7,801 nt of DNA from Naegleria gruberi (lineage: Eukaryota), in NCBI GenBank assembly GCA_000004985.1, contig GG739104.1. One strand, 5' to 3'. The position numbers and the translations under genes were made by a program. Of this stretch, positions 1 through 6,437 are shown piece after piece; positions within the stretch are counted from its first letter, which is position 1, and every line of letters starts with the position of its first letter. Below the pieces are notes generated by a model. That model was given only the letters and a program-made list of their open reading frames with translations. It made no database searches and was not told the origin of the DNA.

Positions 1-2
1 AA

Positions 3-317
3 TTGAAACGAAAAAGAATGGAAGATAGTATTGATAATGTTTTAGATGCATTAGAACAAGAAGAAAAGAAACAAAAGAGATCTTACAGTAAGAGTAAGAG
101 TTCACTATTACCTTCCAAATCAAGTAGTTCCAACAATTTTGATTTATCAAATAGTGGCGCTAGTGGTAGTGGTAGTGGTGGTGGTAGTGGATTTGTTAAA
201 GCAAGTACACTCCTTCCCACAACATCATCATATCGATCATCAGAGATGAGTAATCGATCCAAGACAACAACAAATAGACCAAAGAGCAATTTGGAACGAT
301 TCATGTCAAAGAAGTAA
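3..317 (+). CDS. 3' terminal part of a protein-coding gene whose 5' end lies upstream of the window. The C-terminal tail is basic (KRKR), Ser-rich and SG-repeat-rich. Stop TAA at 315-317.
   Basis: Frame 3 is open from the window edge to TAA 315-317. Codons are dictyostelid-typical (ggt Gly, gaa, tta, caa, tca). The (agtggt)n block encodes SGSGSGGGSG. The antisense ORF 83..325 is a low-complexity shadow. Confidence 0.5.
   Translation: MKRKRMEDSIDNVLDALEQEEKKQKRSYSKSKSSLLPSKSSSSNNFDLSNSGASGSGSGGGSGFVKASTLLPTTSSYRSSEMSNRSKTTTNRPKSNLERFMSKK
153..191 (+). repeat. Imperfect hexanucleotide (agtggt)n microsatellite inside the CDS, encoding an SG repeat.
   Basis: agtggcgctagtggtagtggtagtggtggtggtagtgga read directly. 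Confidence 0.8.
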
Positions 318-893
318 TATAACATTGAGTTTCAATTAATTTGCAAGTTGTTGTTTTGAACAATTTCACAAATGAACCATCAATACACATCCACTTTCAC
401 AGTGTGACACTTTCTTATTAACATTTAAATGGAAAGTAAACAGGAAGGATGGAATTACTTTAAGGCAACTCTCTCTAAAATAGTCACATACAATTACTCT
501 ATTCAAACATCTATCAATTTTTTAATTACAATGTCTATGTCAATAATTTGCATCCCGCCAATATTGGATGGATGTCAACGAATGGTGTCCACAATAGTAT
601 GAATTTAAAAAAGTCCATTTTTAATCAAATTCGATTCATTCTCCATTTTCATTGCATTTTGCATTATTCTGTAATGATCACTCAATTTTCAACTCTCAAA
701 CGATGACATCTCTAAGCCTTCATTTCATATAAAATTACATAACAAGCATGCTGTGTCCTACTAATGAGAAGCAATGATGAAACATTTCATTTATACAAGA
801 AGAAAAATGTCGTCATCTCTCCTCCATGTAATCAATACTAATCATTTTCAGCAGCTGCACAACAATGAAAACAATCAACAAGAAGCGAGTTGT

Positions 894-938
894 ACTAATA
901 GTAATAGTAGTAGTAGTACTAATAATGGTAGTAGTAGT
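894..938 (+). repeat. agt/aat/act trinucleotide repeat block (Ser/Asn/Thr codons).
   Basis: actaatagtaatagtagtagtagtactaataatggtagtagtagt read directly. Confidence 0.75.
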
Positions 939-1259
939 TATTAAACTGTTACATCAATGAGTGGTGGCGGTGCCAGTATGGAATCTATTAAATTGTATCC
1001 TCATTTGATATCATGTAATGATGCTTCCTCGTTCAATAATGAACATTTAGTGACTACATTCTTCCAAAATCTCTTCAAATAAGAAAGATGATACCCTCAA
1101 TTATCATTAAAATTAAAATTATTATATTTACTTGTAAATGTCAGTAGTATTCGCACTGTGTGATATGAATTTTTAGTTTTATGTTTCCATTGACACAAAA
1201 TTATCTAGTTCGTCACACAAATCAGATGTTTAATTTCAGTACAAATGAGTATCAACATT

Positions 1260-1484
1260 TCAAACCACAACATAAATTTTATTCAATACTTTAAATTTAT
1301 AAATTGAGGAATGATTTTGTGTTACCTTTAAGTGGCCAGTTTTAAACCATGTAATTTCAAATTCACCAGTTTCTTTTTGTTCAGTTTCCACTGTATCATT
1401 AAAACCTAATTGAATTGGAACGAGAGTATCAGTCTTTCTTTCACCAGTTTCACCTTCAGAATAATGAACTTTCAATGAAATTTG
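1260..1484 (-). CDS. Candidate coding exon of a spliced minus-strand gene (hypothetical protein). Translation: ...QISLKVHYSEGETGERKTDTLVPIQLGFNDTVETEQKETGEFEITWFKTGHLK(VTQNHSSIYKFKVLNKIYVVV*). Boundaries are uncertain.
   Basis: The minus frame is open 1260..1484 with no ATG (the track 'M' is a TTG codon). An AG lies immediately upstream (plus 1485-1486, cgaatag|CAA). Codon usage is strongly dictyostelid-like (ggt gaa act ggt gaa aga aag act gat act cca att caa tta ggt). A possible GTAAC donor follows ...CAC TTA AAG (plus ~1321-1326). Otherwise the frame runs to TGA at 1260-1262. The overlapping plus ORF 1475..1705 uses atypical codons (cga, ggg, gga, gag, atc). Confidence 0.3.
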   Translation of the reverse strand, partial: QISLKVHYSEGETGERKTDTLVPIQLGFNDTVETEQKETGEFEITWFKTGHLKVTQNHSSIYKFKVLNKIYVVV

Positions 1485-1963
1485 CTATTCGAGTTAATGG
1501 ATTTTCATGGCAATGGCATAATGAGGGATTTTGGAGAATGAAAGTTATTGAAAATATTGAGAAAATAGATGGTAAAATTGTTAGTGTGAAACCTAGTAAC
1601 AGTGGAGGGAAAACTCCATCCTTTATCGTTGGATCAGAGACATTCAATCCAACATACTTTCAAGAGAAGAGATCAAAGGCTGTTTATTATTGTGTCAAGA
1701 TTTGAACCGTGATTAGGTCTTGTACAAAAATTAGCTTTTGTTAAAAAATTTTGGCTTGAAAATTACCTCCTTTTAAAACAATATTTACGAGAGATTACTT
1801 TGATAACACCATATAATCCGTATATACAGCAGGTTTGAATGGATATTTAGTCTGTATTTATGGATTTTCAGAGGTTTTGTTCAACGACAAGTGAAGCAAA
1901 AGGATCGGTAATCTAAACATTCCATCATTATTAAAACACATTGCCAGTCAGTTTTTCGGACAG

Positions 1964-1986
1964 TCTCTAGATTAATAATCTAGAGA
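1964..1986. promoter_or_regulatory. Perfect 23-bp palindrome tctctagatta-a-taatctagaga (11-bp arms, 1-nt centre), ~160-180 bp upstream of the 2143 ATG. Candidate dimeric transcription-factor site or hairpin.
   Basis: The reverse complement of tctctagatta equals taatctagaga exactly. It lies in the non-coding region between a possible minus-strand gene and the 2143 gene. Confidence 0.3.
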
Positions 1987-2094
1987 ATATATTATTTTAC
2001 TATCCGAAATATCCAAACCAATTCAAAAGAAACGAAATTTCACCTCCAGCCAGCAGTACTTCTTTCTGGACTAACGATTTTCTTGTAGTTGTAA

Positions 2095-2142
2095 CAACAT
2101 TTCACAATTTTTGAAAAAAAAAACAATTTAAAAAAAATCAAA
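2095..2142 (+). promoter_or_regulatory. A-rich 5' leader and translation-initiation context (gaaaaaaaaaacaatttaaaaaaaatcaaaATG) of the downstream CDS.
   Basis: There is an in-frame stop at 2092-2094 and no other ATG before 2143. Homopolymeric A runs directly before the ATG are typical of dictyostelid start contexts. Confidence 0.4.
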
Positions 2143-3469
2143 ATGCCAAAACGCAAGAAACAAACTAAACGCAAAGAAACTTCTTCTCAACCCTCCTCCT
2201 CCTCCACACCTGCCACTAAAAAAGTAAAAACTGAGAAATTAAAAGCTCAACCACAAGCTCCTTCCGATAATCCCATCAGTGAAGAACCAATCGTTGTTCA
2301 TGACGATGATCCTGAATTATCCATCACAAATCATGAAAATATTTCCACTGCCGATGCCAAATATGAGCTCATTAGAACTCCTTTAAGCAATGGAGATGAA
2401 ACCTCTGATGACCTTGGATTGGAAATGATTGAACAACATCATTTACAATCAACTTTTAACATTTCCAAATATCTACCTAAGGAAAAGGGACATGCTATGA
2501 AAATTTATTGTATTGATTTGGGTTCTAGTTTTACAAAAGGTAACAAGTTTCAAATTGAACAAGGTAAAAGGGTGAGAGCATCTGTTTTAAAATTTGGTCA
2601 TCGAGAAAAGAGTCAATTTCTACCAACACGTACATTTTACAATTCAATTACAGGTGAAATTCAAATGGGAAGTGAATTGAAAGGTGAGAAATGGGAAGAA
2701 TTGGAAAATGTAAAAAAGATATTCATGGTCAGTGAATTGTTAGAAATTAGTCTCAATTCAAAGAAGAAATTAAGAGTTTCCAATGTTATTTACTTGATGA
2801 TTAAGGATTTAATTACTCAATTATTGACCACTAAAAAGGATGATCAAGCTTATTTAGAGGGAGTTACAGCTTGGATATTTACATGTCCAACAGGTACCTC
2901 TGAATATACTAAATTAATATTTAGAAATTGCATTTATCATGCCTATAATAAGTTAAAAATTAATATTGGTGATGATCATCCAATTACCATTGAAGATATT
3001 TATATTATGGAAGAGTATGCATTATTACAATATTTTGCTAATAATCAACAAAGATTATCGACCATGTTTGTTGATTTGGGTCATCTCACTTTGGATGTTG
3101 TTGTAATGGAATTAATACAGGGTGAATATATGGTAACATTTAAGAATGGAGAAACTTGTGGAATGTCAATCATTCATCAACTATTACACAGTAAGGGAAT
3201 GGATGCAAATGCCATTATGAAAGATTTATTTGAAAATTATTATGATTCTGATGAGTTACCACCATCTTTGAAGGCAATTGAAGAGGAAATTAATGAGAAA
3301 TTGAAATTGATTACCAAACCGCTATGTATGATGATTTTACAAAAACAAGCTGATTGTATTCACTTCTCTGGTGCAATTACAAGAGTTGCCTATTTTCAAA
3401 GGAAACTCAGAGAATATGTTAGCCAAGAACGGTTACAACATATTAAGAAGGAACTCACTCCCTACATGA
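2143..3469 (+). CDS. 5' part (442 codons, no intron needed) of a divergent Hsp70-like / actin-fold (ASKHA) ATPase-domain protein. It has a ~110-aa basic, Ser/Pro-rich N-terminal extension (MPKRKKQTKRKE...KKVKTEKLK, NLS-like). It is truncated by the assembly gap.
   Basis: Continuous frame-1 ORF from ATG 2143. Three motifs appear in Hsp70 order and spacing. (1) Phosphate-1-like IDLGSSFTKG at ~2512-2541 (cf. Hsp70 IDLGTTYSCV), followed by KFGHREKSQFLPTRTFYNS...GSELKGEK (cf. NDQGNRTTPSYVAF...GDAAKNQ). (2) Phosphate-2-like FVDLGHLTLDVVV at ~3070-3105 (cf. IFDLGGGTFDVSI). (3) Adenosine-motif-like CIHFSGAITRVAYFQRKL at ~3355-3408 (cf. IVLVGGSTRIPKIQKLL). Confidence 0.7.
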
Positions 3470-6436
3470 NNNNNNNNNNNNNNNNNNNNNNNNNNNNNNN
3501 NNNNNNNNNNNNNNNNNNNNNNNNNNNNNNNNNNNNNNNNNNNNNNNNNNNNNNNNNNNNNNNNNNNNNNNNNNNNNNNNNNNNNNNNNNNNNNNNNNNN
3601 NNNNNNNNNNNNNNNNNNNNNNNNNNNNNNNNNNNNNNNNNNNNNNNNNNNNNNNNNNNNNNNNNNNNNNNNNNNNNNNNNNNNNNNNNNNNNNNNNNNN
3701 NNNNNNNNNNNNNNNNNNNNNNNNNNNNNNNNNNNNNNNNNNNNNNNNNNNNNNNNNNNNNNNNNNNNNNNNNNNNNNNNNNNNNNNNNNNNNNNNNNNN
3801 NNNNNNNNNNNNNNNNNNNNNNNNNNNNNNNNNNNNNNNNNNNNNNNNNNNNNNNNNNNNNNNNNNNNNNNNNNNNNNNNNNNNNNNNNNNNNNNNNNNN
3901 NNNNNNNNNNNNNNNNNNNNNNNNNNNNNNNNNNNNNNNNNNNNNNNNNNNNNNNNNNNNNNNNNNNNNNNNNNNNNNNNNNNNNNNNNNNNNNNNNNNN
4001 NNNNNNNNNNNNNNNNNNNNNNNNNNNNNNNNNNNNNNNNNNNNNNNNNNNNNNNNNNNNNNNNNNNNNNNNNNNNNNNNNNNNNNNNNNNNNNNNNNNN
4101 NNNNNNNNNNNNNNNNNNNNNNNNNNNNNNNNNNNNNNNNNNNNNNNNNNNNNNNNNNNNNNNNNNNNNNNNNNNNNNNNNNNNNNNNNNNNNNNNNNNN
4201 NNNNNNNNNNNNNNNNNNNNNNNNNNNNNNNNNNNNNNNNNNNNNNNNNNNNNNNNNNNNNNNNNNNNNNNNNNNNNNNNNNNNNNNNNNNNNNNNNNNN
4301 NNNNNNNNNNNNNNNNNNNNNNNNNNNNNNNNNNNNNNNNNNNNNNNNNNNNNNNNNNNNNNNNNNNNNNNNNNNNNNNNNNNNNNNNNNNNNNNNNNNN
4401 NNNNNNNNNNNNNNNNNNNNNNNNNNNNNNNNNNNNNNNNNNNNNNNNNNNNNNNNNNNNNNNNNNNNNNNNNNNNNNNNNNNNNNNNNNNNNNNNNNNN
4501 NNNNNNNNNNNNNNNNNNNNNNNNNNNNNNNNNNNNNNNNNNNNNNNNNNNNNNNNNNNNNNNNNNNNNNNNNNNNNNNNNNNNNNNNNNNNNNNNNNNN
4601 NNNNNNNNNNNNNNNNNNNNNNNNNNNNNNNNNNNNNNNNNNNNNNNNNNNNNNNNNNNNNNNNNNNNNNNNNNNNNNNNNNNNNNNNNNNNNNNNNNNN
4701 NNNNNNNNNNNNNNNNNNNNNNNNNNNNNNNNNNNNNNNNNNNNNNNNNNNNNNNNNNNNNNNNNNNNNNNNNNNNNNNNNNNNNNNNNNNNNNNNNNNN
4801 NNNNNNNNNNNNNNNNNNNNNNNNNNNNNNNNNNNNNNNNNNNNNNNNNNNNNNNNNNNNNNNNNNNNNNNNNNNNNNNNNNNNNNNNNNNNNNNNNNNN
4901 NNNNNNNNNNNNNNNNNNNNNNNNNNNNNNNNNNNNNNNNNNNNNNNNNNNNNNNNNNNNNNNNNNNNNNNNNNNNNNNNNNNNNNNNNNNNNNNNNNNN
5001 NNNNNNNNNNNNNNNNNNNNNNNNNNNNNNNNNNNNNNNNNNNNNNNNNNNNNNNNNNNNNNNNNNNNNNNNNNNNNNNNNNNNNNNNNNNNNNNNNNNN
5101 NNNNNNNNNNNNNNNNNNNNNNNNNNNNNNNNNNNNNNNNNNNNNNNNNNNNNNNNNNNNNNNNNNNNNNNNNNNNNNNNNNNNNNNNNNNNNNNNNNNN
5201 NNNNNNNNNNNNNNNNNNNNNNNNNNNNNNNNNNNNNNNNNNNNNNNNNNNNNNNNNNNNNNNNNNNNNNNNNNNNNNNNNNNNNNNNNNNNNNNNNNNN
5301 NNNNNNNNNNNNNNNNNNNNNNNNNNNNNNNNNNNNNNNNNNNNNNNNNNNNNNNNNNNNNNNNNNNNNNNNNNNNNNNNNNNNNNNNNNNNNNNNNNNN
5401 NNNNNNNNNNNNNNNNNNNNNNNNNNNNNNNNNNNNNNNNNNNNNNNNNNNNNNNNNNNNNNNNNNNNNNNNNNNNNNNNNNNNNNNNNNNNNNNNNNNN
5501 NNNNNNNNNNNNNNNNNNNNNNNNNNNNNNNNNNNNNNNNNNNNNNNNNNNNNNNNNNNNNNNNNNNNNNNNNNNNNNNNNNNNNNNNNNNNNNNNNNNN
5601 NNNNNNNNNNNNNNNNNNNNNNNNNNNNNNNNNNNNNNNNNNNNNNNNNNNNNNNNNNNNNNNNNNNNNNNNNNNNNNNNNNNNNNNNNNNNNNNNNNNN
5701 NNNNNNNNNNNNNNNNNNNNNNNNNNNNNNNNNNNNNNNNNNNNNNNNNNNNNNNNNNNNNNNNNNNNNNNNNNNNNNNNNNNNNNNNNNNNNNNNNNNN
5801 NNNNNNNNNNNNNNNNNNNNNNNNNNNNNNNNNNNNNNNNNNNNNNNNNNNNNNNNNNNNNNNNNNNNNNNNNNNNNNNNNNNNNNNNNNNNNNNNNNNN
5901 NNNNNNNNNNNNNNNNNNNNNNNNNNNNNNNNNNNNNNNNNNNNNNNNNNNNNNNNNNNNNNNNNNNNNNNNNNNNNNNNNNNNNNNNNNNNNNNNNNNN
6001 NNNNNNNNNNNNNNNNNNNNNNNNNNNNNNNNNNNNNNNNNNNNNNNNNNNNNNNNNNNNNNNNNNNNNNNNNNNNNNNNNNNNNNNNNNNNNNNNNNNN
6101 NNNNNNNNNNNNNNNNNNNNNNNNNNNNNNNNNNNNNNNNNNNNNNNNNNNNNNNNNNNNNNNNNNNNNNNNNNNNNNNNNNNNNNNNNNNNNNNNNNNN
6201 NNNNNNNNNNNNNNNNNNNNNNNNNNNNNNNNNNNNNNNNNNNNNNNNNNNNNNNNNNNNNNNNNNNNNNNNNNNNNNNNNNNNNNNNNNNNNNNNNNNN
6301 NNNNNNNNNNNNNNNNNNNNNNNNNNNNNNNNNNNNNNNNNNNNNNNNNNNNNNNNNNNNNNNNNNNNNNNNNNNNNNNNNNNNNNNNNNNNNNNNNNNN
6401 NNNNNNNNNNNNNNNNNNNNNNNNNNNNNNNNNNNN
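3470..6436. other. Assembly/scaffold gap: 2967 consecutive N.
   Basis: Uninterrupted run of n read directly. The flanking ORFs in the track that cross it are all X. Confidence 0.97.
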
Positions 6437-6437
6437 A

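Noticed and set aside
83-325. 80-aa minus-strand ORF (MLYYFF...PLPPPLPLPL...LLLLL).
   Set aside because: It is antisense to the better-supported plus CDS 3..317. Its low-complexity Leu/Pro product is the typical shadow of a Ser/Gly/Lys-rich sense frame.
620-650. TTCGATTC resembling a tRNA T-loop (aaattcgattcattctcc).
   Set aside because: The flanks are far too AT-rich to form acceptor, D and anticodon stems. There is no cloverleaf.
939-973. Possible GT..AG intron (gtagtagtagttattaaactgttacatcaatgag) that would splice out the in-frame TAA at 942-944.
   Set aside because: It is only ~34 nt. I take that to be well below the minimum intron size expected in amoebozoan genomes, and there is no branch or poly-T signature.
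1456-1647. Minus-strand 63-aa ORF (MNVSDPTIKDGVFPPLLLGF...).
   Set aside because: It uses atypical codons (ttc, ctg, cta, ccc, acg) and is hydrophobic low-complexity. It is most likely the open antisense frame of the plus ORF or of AT-biased sequence. There is no GTA-type donor to link it to the 1260-1484 exon.
1415-1705. Plus-strand 96-aa ORF (the track 'M' is a TTG; the first ATG is at 1475) as the real gene at this locus.
   Set aside because: I did not call it as the primary feature because its codon usage (cga, ggg, gga, gag, atc) fits the genome worse than the overlapping minus-strand frame. I did not discard it fully; see the finding on the overlapping antisense ORF pair.
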